Assembly (NCBI GenBank): GCA_002633005.1
Contig: NMRA01000278.1
Location: forward strand, 339,873 to 403,872
DNA length: 64,000 nucleotides
DNA from: Phoronis australis
Lineage: Eukaryota > Animalia > Phoronida
Direction: 5' to 3'
Shown: one piece after another, positions 41,212 to 54,467 of the stretch
How positions within the stretch are numbered: position 1 is the stretch's first letter
Layout of the letters: each line of letters begins with the position of its first letter
Notes under the pieces: model-generated
What the model was told of the DNA's origin: nothing
The model's input: only the letters and a program-made list of their open reading frames with translations
The model's database searches: none
Position numbers and translations under genes: made by a program

Positions 41212-43990
41212 CCTTGAAGGCAGAGATGAGCAGAGATAAGATGAAAATGCACATACGGCAACTTCTAAACAAAGCTAGGTCACAGGCGTGAAAGTGTGCT
41301 GTGGGATCACGTGACTCCTAAATATCGTAGCCCGAACAAAGCTTTCAGCTAGGGTATCGCAAAACCTTAAGGAATACTATGAACTAAAAACATTTTTTTC
41401 TCGGCAATGTTCACACAGTATTTTGTCCTTTGGATGGATTTGCATCAGACATTACGGGTATAGAGGGTCCTGTTCCCTGGAATACTTTGCCGATTCACGG
41501 TGAGCGAAATTTACTTCAGTTTTTGTTTTCGTATTACCGCTTCTTAACGCATGAACAGATTCAACATAAACGATGGTAGTTTGTACAGGTAAGTATAATG
41601 AAAATAGTATAAAAGAGTTAGGAAACGTGAGTAAAATCTAAAAAGTATACAAATTTATTGTCAAAGTGTAAAATGTGTATGCATTTGTACATAATTGCTT
41701 TTTGTCATGCTTTGTAATACGAGCCAGTCGCCTTATTACTTAAAATGATTGTGCATCCACAACAATCCTAACAACGTGACAGAAGAATGTTTATGCATTT
41801 AACAAACCATGTACACTAATAGAATTTAGCCTTCAGTGACACTCGGCCGTTGGTTGACTCGGAGTGTGAACTTGTCTTTTTGGTAAAATGTAAACAAAAC
41901 GCAAAACCAACAGAATTAATATCATGACAACAAATCTTCTGAAAGCTCAAAATTCAATATCGAAAACACAGTGACGTGATGTAGAACACTATTTAAATCA
42001 CGTTACATAGAATGTTTCACAGGGACAATTTTGTTAACCGCATAAGTATTACACAGACGTGAAAATAATATGCAGAACATTTTGGTCCCCAAAACTACGC
42101 TTTGTATGTAAAACGGATTCTTTGTCATTTGACAAGTTATCTATTGTCTTGAGACTCGGATTTGTGACATTCGTATACTAGCGTCTACAATTTTGTCAAC
42201 TTGATGCCCGAAGTGTACATCCATAGAAAACATCTGAATGTACGCCCGTGAATCTGCTTTTGAAGCGACAGTCATAATTATTACATGCCACAGCGTAAAA
42301 ACGTTTGGCAATTGTCTTTCAAAAATTTAATAGTCCCACAAAATTTCTGATATCGGGTATACTTTTGATTTCATGACCGACTGACATCATACACTTTGCG
42401 CTGATTTTTAAATCTGCTTTCACTGAAATTAATTTAACTATGATAAAAACGGAGCCACATATCAAATACGTGAGACACCGTTTTTCAGTTCATTTATGTA
42501 CATAGAGGTTTGATTTTGACTAGTTTTGGCTGGTTATGGCTGGTCATGCCAACTGTACAGCGAGAACGGGAAGTTATTTATTATTTTTAAAGTGTTTTTG
42601 GAAAAAATCGGTGGACATCAAGATTGGCGATTATTTTTCATTTCTATAGTCTTCCTCTTATTCCAAACTTTTTAGAAATATCTACTACTTTTATTGGTTG
42701 ACACGCATTATATTTCAAGTTATTTAGAGTTGAAGTGAGTTTCCAAACGAAGAAAAACCTCGATGAATTGCATGCTGTGTCTCATTTTTTAAGATCCAGT
42801 GTTAGTTCAAAACAATGGAGCGTGAAAGCAGCAAAATAAAACGAATAACAAAATGCACAGTAATACGTCAAAACAAGGTTTTGTTTTCAGCCAAACGAAA
42901 AACAAATTTCATCATAACTGTCGTTATCATTAAAAAGACAATTTTATCAAGAAACAGACCATGATTGTTTGCTTAAAATTTATCTGGGAATAAAATTTGT
43001 AAAAAATGTGCAATGCCGAGAACATTTACCTACCTCTACTTCAATCACCACGTTGGTCAAAACTATTAATACGTAAATGTTAGCACTGCTTGAACGCAAC
43101 CTATGCAATATGGCGACATAGCCCTTGCATGATCTTCAAAAGAATTACACAGGTGAAAGAGTTTGACTGGCATTCTATTATTCTAATGAAAATGGTTTCT
43201 TTTTCGCTTAACATGAAATGGTACGTCAAGATTTCTTTTTTATTTTTTCAATGAAGTGGAATTGCGACAAAGCTTTTGGTTAACAACAACTATGCAAGCG
43301 TGGGCTACTTATTTCCTTGTTGGTGTTAAAAGTGGCCGTACAAGTTAAAGAAATTTTATCGGCAAGAACAGGTCGAATTGTACCGCTCCTGCTGACGGAG
43401 TGGAATCCCACTCTCTAAATGACGCAGTACAGCACTCTAAGCCAATTTAACTGTTACAGTTACTGGTTGATTTCAGGAAATATAAACAACAGATAAACTT
43501 GTCGATTTGTCAAAAACTCAAAAAACACAACTGATGTTGGTTTATAGCTCTGGTAAAACCTAATAACTTCAAGAAGTCTTTTCAATCCTGACCAACAATA
43601 ATCCAAAAATGTTTTTCGGAAGTGTCAGGTTTATGCTGGGATTTTTCACTTGCTCAATATTCCTTGCATAATTGTTTAGTCTTAGATACAGTCAGTTATC
43701 TCTATTTTTATTTATTTTTTCCTTAGAGGTATTCGTTGTCTCGTGAGGCACAATTTTCAGTATGGACTTTGTAAACTATATTTTCAATCATATTGGAAAT
43801 CTTTTTATGATATATAATTATGTTTCCAACTACATTTGATGTACAGTGATTTGAAAAATGTTCAACTTGTTACTTGACAACCGATTCAGAAGTGATATAG
43901 AAAACTGTTTGATACCAATAAGACTTAATCGGCTGATTTGATAAAAGAAAATCCTGGTTTATATTGCACTTAAACCATAAACTAATCCAT

Positions 43991-46900
43991 ATTTCATAAA
44001 GGTGGTTTAACTTTTAGACCAATGGTTGAGTAAAACCTGGTTAACTACAGTTTGGCGTGTTGGATAGTGTTGTGTAATGCTAAGTCCTACGCTATGACAT
44101 TGCTTAAAAGGCAAGACTACGTGAGATATAGTCGTGTATTTTACATAACACGAGATTTCGGTTGGATTATTCTAATCGCGTGACAGCTGCTGAACTTAAC
44201 ACTGGTTTCTGTCAGTTTTTGTTTTACCAACGACGAGATCTATATTTCTTAGACCTGTACAAGTATTAAGACTTTAAACAAGACTTAACTTGAGACCTGG
44301 TCAGAGCCAGGTGTTAAAACACTGTTAAATATGACACACTTGCTCCGTATACATGTATTCAGCCGTGCCCCTGCATGACTACGCGGTGTGCATCGCCGAC
44401 GCAATTGTATAGCCAGAATGGACTATTTCCAATTGCAGTTTTAGGACGACACTATGTAGTTCAAACACAGACTGGTACCTACGAATGATCGAGCAGAGCA
44501 TCATCGTCCTATGCACTGCGGGAGGGGCTGAAGACGGCTTCATCTATGGTTCTTATGACTGAGTTCCGTCTCCTCAGTGTCACGGTCCCGGAGGCAGATT
44601 TAATTCTTAAGAGTCGGCCAAGAGTCCTGCCCTCCTTGGCCGCAGGCAAAGAATAAACAGTAAAAATGAGAAGCAAATAAGTTTGAACATTAATCACGTT
44701 GCGGCTAATCGTGGGCATATAAACGTGTGTGCATCTGTTGGACACAGACATCACAAAACATTACCCCCACGATATATTTGAAATCCGTCACTGGGTTCCT
44801 CGCAATTTTCATCGCATTTTTATCATTGATGAAATTTTATTCCTGGCCTTCATTTTATGAGTGTTTCTAAATGTCTTTTATCTGTTAGGAGTTCTCCGAA
44901 TGCTGGATCTGTGCAGCTTGTCTGGAATAGTATCACTCCAAGTCTGCTGTCTACATTCACTTGATTTGGCACCAGTTGTCTTCTTCATTCAGTTGTAACT
45001 GTCTCTTTTTCTCTGGTTACCGTGAAAAAAGCTTTTAGGCCTTTTTCGAAAGGTCTGCACCGATTCTGCTACCGTGTGCACTTCAATGTTTCTTTGTTGG
45101 GCTAATGCAGATCGATACAATAGGGGGCTGTAATTTCACATATCTAACAAAGGGTGCAGTGGCTCTCACATAAAACTCTCAGATGGGCATAATAGTTAAC
45201 TAACAAAAAACAGGTCAGGCGCCACCGGGAACACGTTTCTTAAAGTGTTCCTATTTTTTTGTTCCTTGAGTGAGCTCGTGTACGAAAAAGCCTGCAACAA
45301 AAGAAAAAATATACCATTGGTATGCGCCACCTCTTTAAAATGATAATAATAATAATGTGAAATATTGTGAAAGCTCCATTATCCCAAGGCAATTTTGTCT
45401 CTGACCATTGATGCATATAGCCATTGATGCCTTTTTGGCTATTATTACAGCTAGACAATCATAGCTGCAGTGTTATATACGCTGTACCTATTTCAGGGAT
45501 CACTTTTATTAACTACAGTGGCCACCTAGCTAGGCCCAGCAACAAGTAATGAAGCACAGATACAGTCAGTAAATGACTGTATTCTCACTTCTGAAGATGG
45601 TGTTGAATAAATGACACCGAAGCATCGAACCGTTGTTGTTTTCTTTAATATATGGAGTTAGACCAGATTTAAAGATAATCTGCATTTCGTAAAGGTGATT
45701 TAACTTCTAGAGCAGTGATTCAGTAAAACCTGGTTTAACTCCATTTTAGACCTGGTCTAAGTCAGTTTTCATTTCACTAACGAGGTATAATTAGATCGGT
45801 ATCAAGATCTTAAACCAGGCTTGACTTAAGAATTGTTCAGACCCAGGCTTAATACTATTAAATATGGCAGACTTGTACGATACAGGTGGAACTGGATGAT
45901 GCTGTGGTTTGCATTTACGAGGCAGTTTTAGAGGTGGGCGACTCGTATTTTTCAATATTCAGTTTCAGGACGACACAAGATCAAACGTAACAGGGGAGAC
46001 CAAGAATTTTTAAAGGGGAGGGGTCGGATCAAGGATTTTTAAAAGGAGGGTCTGCGTCAACAATTTGTGAAAATTACAGATTTGATATCACTAAAAAGGG
46101 AAAAAGGGGTCGGGACCCCTTGAACCCCTGGATCCGCCCAAGTATACGTATATGTAGACCAGTACGTAAGGGTATCCTTTAAATTCCTCAGATTATGACG
46201 GTTCGAGCAGAGCGTCATCGTCGCAAGCGCTACGCGAATGACTTAAAAGGCATCTAATGATTATTCTGACCGACTTCCATCTCCATTGGTACCCGATTTA
46301 AGGTTGCTGGTCAGGAGTTCTGCCCCAGTGGCGGATTTAGTGAGGGGCCATGCTCCCCTAAAATTATCCCAGATTACACTTGGCAGTTCGGGGTTGCGAA
46401 TGTCTGACGGAGAAAATCCTGGTTAATACTCTGCCCTGGCCCTTAAAAACTCAAAATTCTGGTTCCGCTCCTGCGCCCCTCCGTTGGCCGCAAAAAAGTA
46501 AAATGACACGGAAATACATGTGTGCATTTACTTTTTACTATGTAGCTGTTAATCGTGAGTAAGTACTTAAATGTGTGTACGTGTGTTGGACACAGACAAT
46601 ACAAAATGAAAAATATCTCCTCATGATATCCTAGATCTACCACTGGGTCCATCGCCGTTTTTCCTTGCACTTTTTTCACTGATGAAATTTTCTTTCTGAC
46701 CTTTTTTCCGGAGCCATATCTCTCCAAGCCTGCTACCTGACTTGATTTGGCGCCAATTTTCTTGGTCTCGACTCTGACATTGGCTTTTTCTCTGATCAGT
46801 TATGGTAGGGAACATTTTTCCTCGTGAGAAAAGCTTTTAGCCCTTTTTCGCAAATGCCTGCACCGATTCTACAGCTGTGTGCCATTGTGTATCCATGTGA

Positions 46901-47120
46901 TCAAGGTTTCATTGAAGCACTTCAATAGTTTCTTTGTAGGGTTAATCCGGATCAACACAGTAGGGTGGCTTGGATATTTTACGCTATGGTCTAACAAAAC
47001 CAGGTTTTCCGACTTTTAAATCATGTCGGTAAAATGCAAGTTAGGTCTAAAGTCAGGCCAGGTTTAGGAAGACCAGGTTTAAGTCTTAAACCTGGTTTTG
47101 TTAAACCACCTTTATGAAAT
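43991..47120. mobile_element. Two diverged head-to-tail copies of a PIF/Harbinger-like element, bounded by a 21-bp inverted repeat
   Basis: ATTTCATAAAGGTGGTTTAAC (43991-44011) is the perfect reverse complement of 47100-47120. A second left end lies at 45684. Colinear similarity blocks at 44260/45795, 44486/46201, 44730/46575 and 45025/46828. Confidence 0.6.
46326..46473. mobile_element. Small hAT5-like MITE nested in the second Harbinger-like copy
   Basis: CAGTGGCGGATTTAG...CTGGTTCCGCTCCTG flanked by TGCCC/CGCCC; absent from the paralogous site near 44630. Confidence 0.6.
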
Positions 47121-48121
47121 CGGCTGTTTGGGGTTAAAAATGCTTCGCAGGAACTTGCTCGAGACGCTTGTAAATTAACTACGTGATGATCCATTATTTA
47201 CAGTCTAGCCATCGAATGGGACAAATTACATGCATCTAGGGTACAAGTCATAATGTTCACATGTTCAGCGGTGTCTAAACCGCTGGTGATTGTCTCGACA
47301 TCTTCCTTGATCAGATCAGTGCTTGGTGGACTTCTGATAATCGAGTCACACAAGTGCCCCACACTATGATGCGCAAGAAAATGAGTTTTATAATGGAGAG
47401 CTAGTTTGCTGATAGAAGGCACGGTTTATATTATATACGTCACCTGTGTGCAAATGACAATCGCTTTGTTTGGAACAATACAAAAAGTAGTTGAAAAGAA
47501 GTTTATTGTCTAAAAATTATGAAGTACAACAGTAGCTATAGTTAAAATTACAATGCATGGACTGATTTTCGAAATTGAAATGCAAAACTGGAATAATCCG
47601 CAATGTGGTGCAACTAGTACAGTATGAATCCAATTGAAATGTCAAAATATGGCCGAGTTGAACAAATATTCTCGCAGCCAGAACATTTAGATTAAATAAG
47701 CTCTCGTGGAATATCCACGGCGATATCTCGCGAGATATTTAATTTCTAGTAGCCAGATACTAACATTACTGAACTCAACCCAGATGATTTCAATTAAAAA
47801 ATATTAATACAACTTCATCAGAAACGAACAGTTGGTGTACTTTTATAAAATTAAGTAAATTATGAACGACACTAACATTTTAATAAATTTATTTTTCCAA
47901 AGATATTTCCAGAATACTAACACAACTCAACGCATGTTTGTGTGGGCGCTCCTAGTGGTACACCAAAATTTTCCGAAAAAAGGCTTGCACAAACAGGCTT
48001 TTGAATGAAAAGAAACAACAGTGCAACGGTCATAAAAATCTAGGATTCACTCCAAAAACTTAAGAAATTTGTATCTTTATGCTAAATTAAAATCACACTT
48101 AAGAAGACAACTGTAGTCCGT

Positions 48122-49145
48122 CTACCAATCCTTATGCCATTCTCGGTTAGTAGTTGATCTCTGGCGATCTTCCGAGCGCGATCTGCTGCTGTGCTGGGAG
48201 GCCGCGCGGCTATATCGCCCTCTGTCATCGCGGCGATTGTCGTTCTGTGTGGCGGCGCGGCTGAAGCGACCTCTATCGTCGCGGCGATCTCCACCACGGC
48301 CAGAATCGTCGTAAGACCTGGTGCGATTTCTGTCATCCCCGCGGTCATCACGGAAGTCGCGATCATCCCGCCGATCCCGTGCGTCGTAGGACCGTGATCG
48401 ACTTTCCACGTAACCGCGATCTCTGTCGTCCCTGCGACCTCTGTCATCGTAGCTATCTCTAGCACGATCGTCTCGCCGATCATCATAGCGGTCCCTGCTG
48501 TGGTCGTCTCTTCTGTCGTCATAACGATCTCGACTACGGTCGTCTCGTCGATCATCATAGTTGGGCCGGTCATCGCGTCGATCTCTATCATCGCGACGAT
48601 CTCTATCGTCACGACGATCTCTATCGTCACGACGATCTCTATCGTCACGACGATTTCTATCATCGCGTCGATCTCTATCATCGCGACGATCTCTGTCATC
48701 GTATCGATCTTTGTCATTTCTGCGATCTCTGTCGTCGTATCGAGAGTCACTGCGGCGATCATCGCGACGTTCTCGAGAGTCAAGACGGCTATCCCCGCGA
48801 CGGTTTCTATCATCGTAACGATCTCTGCTGTCCTGGCGGCTGTCGTTGCGGTGGTCCCTGTCATCCCGACGGTCACGACTATCGCGTCGATCGTAACTTT
48901 CCAGGCGGCTATCGCCACGTCGGCCGCGATCGTCACGTCTCTCCACTCTTGACACGGCACGACTGTCCCTGCCACGACTGTTACTCCGGTCGTCAGGACG
49001 AGGAGTGCTCTTTGGATTGTCCTTGCCTTCCCAAGCTCGAGGGGAGAGAGATCTAGGCGAGACCTTAGACTTGTCCTCTTCTGGAAGCTGCAAAACTTCT
49101 TCTGGTTCCTCAGGAATCGCAATGTCAAGGCCAGTCGCGCTAACA
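48122..49145 (-). CDS. Gene B last coding exon: Arg/Asp(/Ser/Tyr) mixed-charge low-complexity cytoplasmic domain
   Basis: Acceptor ctccctgttgttccag, phase 2, in frame with the 323-aa ORF; (DDRDRR)n and YDDR repeats; ends NREWHKDW*. Candidate AATAAA signals on minus near 47890 and 47505. Confidence 0.82.
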
Positions 49146-50158
49146 CTGGAACAACAGGGAGCAGAGGAGAAATTAGAAAAGGGGTGAAATTAACTGGCTG
49201 GCTCTATTACACAACATGGAAGTTTATAGAGAATGTGGTCTTCTTTGAACATCTGTTTTATACATTCAAGCTTCGAACTCTCTTCCTCCATGAAGCACCC
49301 CTGAGCCCTCACTAAAGTAATGGACGCCCATAAAAGGCAGTAAAACGCATGCACAAATTCCAAATTACTAGCACCCCACAATGCCCTTTAAATAGGGAGA
49401 CATGGAAGTACCAATTTACTTGAAAAATAACTGAAATTGCAACTAGGTCCGATTTCTCTATATGAAACATAATGGGCCCACCGAGTAGGTTTTTGTCAGG
49501 GGGGTACCTAAATGCAACTGACATTGTAAAACTGCATACAGCCCAAGTAGTCACATGCCTAACAATAGCCATTTCAACCATTTTAGTATTACAAATTGTT
49601 TACTGTGGTGTTGAATAAATTGACCAAAAATTCTCAAATATGATTATGACCAGTTTCCACAGCTTTAAAACACATGACAAGTCTCAACAAAGATTTCACA
49701 AAACATAAACATTTTGCAAGCCTGGTTGCTATATTTCCAAGGTCTTAAAATAAAGTACCCCAGTTCTTCAATCTTGGTGGCCATTTTAAAGGTGGGCCAG
49801 GAAACTAAAAATGAAAAAATCAAGCTTGATATTGGGACTGGATTGGTTTAAAACTTATCTTTAAAAAGCTGGCTCTAATTTGAAACCAGTATCAAAATAA
49901 CTGTCCCAATTAGAAAATGTGCTAACCTTAAATACACTATTGGCTTACATTGAAACAAATGATGAGACATATATGACCATGAACAGTCTTTGTAAAACCA
50001 ACAATCAAAGAAACATCCACATCTAAAGGTACCAGCTATGGTGAACACTAACCACCAGGGGGAGTTTTAATCTAGGTTGATGCAACATTCATAGTATCAT
50101 TTGGGCAGTGATAAGGGAAGTTAGAGGTGGATTAGCTGGGAGAAGAGAAACTTTCAAG

Positions 50159-50286
50159 GATCAGCCTGAGTACCAGTCAACCTGGGCCCTGAACATCACA
50201 GATCAGCCTGAGTACCAGTCAACCTGGGCCCTGAACATCACAGACCAGCCTGAGTACCAGTCAACCTGGGCCCTGAACATCACAGA
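50159..50286. repeat. 42-bp tandem repeat x3 (intronic)
   Basis: Unit GATCAGCCTGAGTACCAGTCAACCTGGGCCCTGAACATCACA. Confidence 0.95.
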
Positions 50287-51095
50287 CGAATACTTTAGTG
50301 GCAGAACTAAATCTCATTGGATAAATGGCCCAGTAATTTAAGGGTATCAAACTGGTAAAGGCACCATGTCAGCAAATGTTAGTCAGACAATGGCCAGAAC
50401 TGGCAAGTAATAAAATCACAAACTACAATGGAATTTACAGTTTTATAGCTCAGGTCAAAGCTAACAACCATAATGTGTCTTTAAGGGAAGGCCAGGGCAT
50501 ACTGCATGCCATCTAGCAGGCTACAAATAGTAGACGGTTAACCATATCTAAGGGATGAAAGGTCATGAGAGTTAAGAGACTCCAAAAATTCCATTGTTTA
50601 CTCTCAGTATTATAAAAATAAAAATAACAAGAAAGACATGCAAATCCCGAGTGGGCACAGCTACTGTCAAAAGTCCAGGATACTGAAAGTTTATGATTTG
50701 AAACTTTACTCTATTTCATCAACTTTGCCATTATTTTCTTACAATTACAAACCAAAGAAAATGAAAATTTATTCCTTGGTCTTGAATGAAATCATAGAAG
50801 TACTACTTTTAAAAGGAAATGGTAACCTCTCACAAAGTCACCATAGAATAACAGACGGGAGTTGATTTTGGGTCTTAAAATCTAACAAATCACAGGGTTC
50901 TTAAAAGTGAACTATTCTTGAAATCCTTAAAATGTCTCATATCAGCTGGCAAAATAAGGAATGTCAGTTTTAAAATCATTTGAGCAGCGTCACATTTTGA
51001 CGGCAATTTCTGGCTAAATTAGTTAAGATATTACAGAAGCCCAGTACACCGAAGTTTCTTAACCTTATACAATCCCAAACTACCACAAGCCTTAC

Positions 51096-51122
51096 TTTTT
51101 CTCCTCGTTTACAGACTCGTCG
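51096..51122 (-). CDS. Candidate gene B 27-nt microexon (phase 2-2)
   Basis: tttccactttcag|CGACGAGTCTGTAAACGAGGAGAAAAA|gtaagg; open in the required frame (DESVNEEK). Confidence 0.55.
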
Positions 51123-52071
51123 CTGAAAGTGGAAATAAACTTTACACGTGCACATTGAGGGCACATTAAGCAGGACTACGTGTGACTATTAATGCAGGGA
51201 CACATACACACTTCAATGGTACGACTAGTTTTGTTTTGACTTTGAGTGAGTTGGAAGGAATAGTCCAAGTTAAGAATTCCAACTATTCACAGCCTAAACA
51301 TACAGCAAGTTGAACCACTAAGTGTAGAGTATTTAACTCCATCCATTGAGTTGCACTGGTATTATATTGGTTAGGATTACTCTTACAAACTTCAGTTGCA
51401 TTATGAATTACCAAATGGTCCGTCTCTTGAACAATAATGCAAAGATCACCCATTTTCAGAATTTGTTGTTTTCATACTTACAAGTTGTCAATGAATACAA
51501 CATCACATTGTTTAGCGTAGATTATATATACATGTAAAATAGCATCGTCACCTCGTTTAGTCCCTGCATAGTTAGTAGCATGCAAATATATCATTAACTA
51601 AATATCAGCCAGTAGGAGTGAGCACAAAGCCTCAAATCTGGTTAAACTGCAAATAACGTCAATAGGACTACATGTACTGTCTCAGCTGCAGTGACAATGT
51701 TGGATCACACATTGTCCGTGTGCAACAGCTCACACTGAGCAATATCTCATAAGCCATATTTTAACTTTTTTATTCAGAAATTTGTGCGAAAATAAAGTAA
51801 TAAAATGGAAACACCAATTTTGAAACCATCAACAGTTTCGGCAGAGTACACTGTATTGTCACTGTAGAACTGCTGTGAACACCACCTGAAGTTAATCACA
51901 CTGACCAAATAGTTACACCCAACTCTTCGTGAAAGACAGCATAGAACATAAATTATATACATTATGCATTGGGAAGGGCTTCTAACGAAGAATGTTCTTG
52001 TCAGACATGTCGTTCATTAATGGACTTGAAATGATGTATTAGCTATTATATGCTGTATGTGTATTTTGTTG

Positions 52072-52412
52072 TACAAAAGGTGTCCAACCCATTTACCCAA
52101 TTACACAATACATTACAAAAGGTGTCCAACCCATTTACCCAATTACACAATATATTACAAAAGGTGTCCAACCCATTTACCCAATTGCACAATATATTAC
52201 AAAAGGTGTCCAACTCATTTACCCAATTGCACAATACATTACAAAAGGTGTCCAACCCATTTACCCAATTGCACAATACATTACAAAAGGTGTCCAACCC
52301 ATTTACCCAATTACACAATACATTACAAAAGGTGTCCAACCCCTTTACCCAATTACACAATACATTACAAAAGGTGTCCAACCCATTTACCCAATTACAC
52401 AATATATTACAA
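52072..52412. repeat. 42-bp minisatellite x8 (intronic)
   Basis: Unit TACAAAAGGTGTCCAACCCATTTACCCAATTACACAATACAT. Confidence 0.96.
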
Positions 52413-52495
52413 GAAATTACATACTAACCACATGTCTCTTTCACAGCACAAAACTGATCTCTGCGTTGATTTTAGGCAAAATTGAGGATACTTAC

Positions 52496-52864
52496 GCACT
52501 CAGGCTGGATTTGCTTCGAGCAGTCTGTGCCTGGGGTTGACCCACACTCAGACGAGAGCTGGTACCACCCATACGGGAAGTGGATCGTGACGAGCGCCCT
52601 TCACTAAGCCTCGACCCAGTACGTGATGATGCCTCCTGACGGGAGCCCGCTCGCGATGAAGAATCGGACGATTCCTGTCGGGATGCAGAACGAGACGTTG
52701 TGCTCATCTTGGATGGTGAACGTGATGACGTCGACATCTTGGATGGTGAACGTGATGATGTCGACATTTTGGACTCTGAACGCTGGTTGCCATCGTCTTC
52801 ATCCTGCATCTGGTTCAATGCGATGTTCTGTACGCCTGTCTCACTCTCCAAACTAGAGGTGTCA
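52496..52864 (-). CDS. Gene B Ser/Arg-rich cytoplasmic exon (369 nt, phase 2-2)
   Basis: cacctag|...|gtaagt; DTSSLESETGVQ...(SKMSTSSRSP)x3...RSKSSLS; the frame matches the flanking exons. Confidence 0.82.
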
Positions 52865-53581
52865 CTAGGTGGGTTAAGAAAGAAGATGGTTGATCAGGGC
52901 TGTCAAAGTATCGACTTTGGGGTTAAATATCTGCCGCATCCCCCCATGAAATTTAGTGAAAAATCATTCGGAATTCCTCTCATCATTCCTAACAATTCCT
53001 TGCAATGACAAAAAAAATTACCCTCAAGGTTAAAATCACTTAAAAATATGCAAAAGGTTAATTAGTGCACCACAGACAACAAAGTGAGTGTTTCAAAAAA
53101 CTAGCACATATTTGCGGCAACGCCGAGCAGGGGGCGGAAACCACATGTCTGTCGCACTAATGATAGCCACAATTATAAACATGGATCCAGACTCATGACT
53201 CACAAGCCTGGTTAAAAAAGTCAAACACACTACTCCAACCAAACACAAACCAGGGCTTGTGTATCCAGAAACACCATTTCTCAACTCACAAACATGATGC
53301 ACGCACTCCTGTGTAATAGTCAGTGAGCAAAGCTTGTGAATCAAGAGCTGTATTTTTGGGTACTACGTAATCCATGCTTTATGAGCACGCCACTGTTTGG
53401 ATATTGGTGAGCCCTGTTTGTCAGTGAAATTACAGGACTGGTCCTGTGAGCATTCTTGTAAGAGAGGGGACATGTTCAATACTGCGACAGCCATCATTGT
53501 TTCCAAATAATGTCAAGGTCAACATTAGTGTTTTAACATTAAGCAATTTTGTGGTGATTCAGGCTAGCGTCGTACACTTAC

Positions 53582-53629
53582 GAAATGTTACTGAGGGGCT
53601 TTGTGTCGTCTTTTAACTTCCTTTCCTGC
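53582..53629 (-). CDS. Gene B juxtamembrane exon (48 nt, phase 2-2)
   Basis: tttttgtctcttccag|...|gtaagt; RQERKLKDDTKPLSNIS. Confidence 0.75.
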
Positions 53630-54138
53630 CTGGAAGAGACAAAAAGTGTGTTAATGATGGATTAACTGTTACAGCATTAAGTCAGGTTAATGGCCTCTCA
53701 AGAGTAAGGCAGGGGTGGGGAATATGGAGAGCACAAGTAGGAAGGGGGGGTGGGGAATATGGCGAGGTGACGCTAATTGAACCATAGGTCCACAATCATA
53801 TGGTGAAATCACCTAAAACATTTGGTTGATGCAAAAGAGCAAAATTCTTTGCAAAATTTGGCTGTTGCCAGACAGGGCACAGCTGCAAACAGATTCACAC
53901 CACTTGAAATGAACAATTCACAAGAGCACCCCTTGCTTCAGCGAGTGCACAGAGGCAAACATTACAGCGGTGGAAAAACTTCAAGATCCTGTGAAACAAC
54001 ATTTCATCACCATTACGTTAATTGTGCAACCTTAAGTGTGATCGGTTAATAAAGTGAACCGCATATTCCGTTCATAAATGGCCACTGGGTTGACGTCAAT
54101 AACTTCTCTACATTGCCAAATGGTATTTGTTAACTCAC

Positions 54139-54361
54139 CTTCTTTTACATAATCTCACGGTAACCACGACGATGATCGTTATGAGGATGAGCCCAAGAAC
54201 GCCGACACCAGCGCCAACACCAGTCAACATGGCAGTAATGGTGGCATCGGCGGCATTTTTCATAAACACGCATTCGTAATAATTGATGTAGTCGATACAT
54301 TCATGGTAGGATGGACAGGGGTTAGATGCACACTCATCAATCTCCGTCTCACAATTGAGGC
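54139..54361 (-). CDS. Gene B EGF plus transmembrane exon (phase 1-2)
   Basis: ttccttgcag|GLNCETEIDECASNPCPSYHECIDYINYYECVFMKNAADATITAMLTGVGAGVGVLGLILITIIVVVTVRLCKRR|gtgagt. Confidence 0.88.
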
Positions 54362-54467
54362 CTGCAAGGAAACATCACTCATCAATCTCCGTCTCACAAT
54401 TGAGGCCTGCAAGGAAACATCACTCATCAATCTCCGTCTCACAATTGAGGCCTGCAAGGAAACATCA
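54331..54467. repeat. 45-bp tandem triplication spanning the splice acceptor of the gene B TM exon
   Basis: CACTCATCAATCTCCGTCTCACAATTGAGGCCTGCAAGGAAACAT starts at 54331, 54376 and 54421; the copies are identical. Confidence 0.95.

Noticed and set aside
48082-49146. 354-aa alternative-frame ORF (MIEIVVT repeats) and antisense Ile/Ser/Val-rich ORFs
   Set aside because: Shadow frames of the stop-poor RD repeat; splice phase from the upstream exons selects the RD frame.
52046-52485. ORFs with 14-aa repeats (CNWVNGLDTFCNVL and others)
   Set aside because: A 42-bp intronic minisatellite open in several frames, with no fitting splice sites seen.
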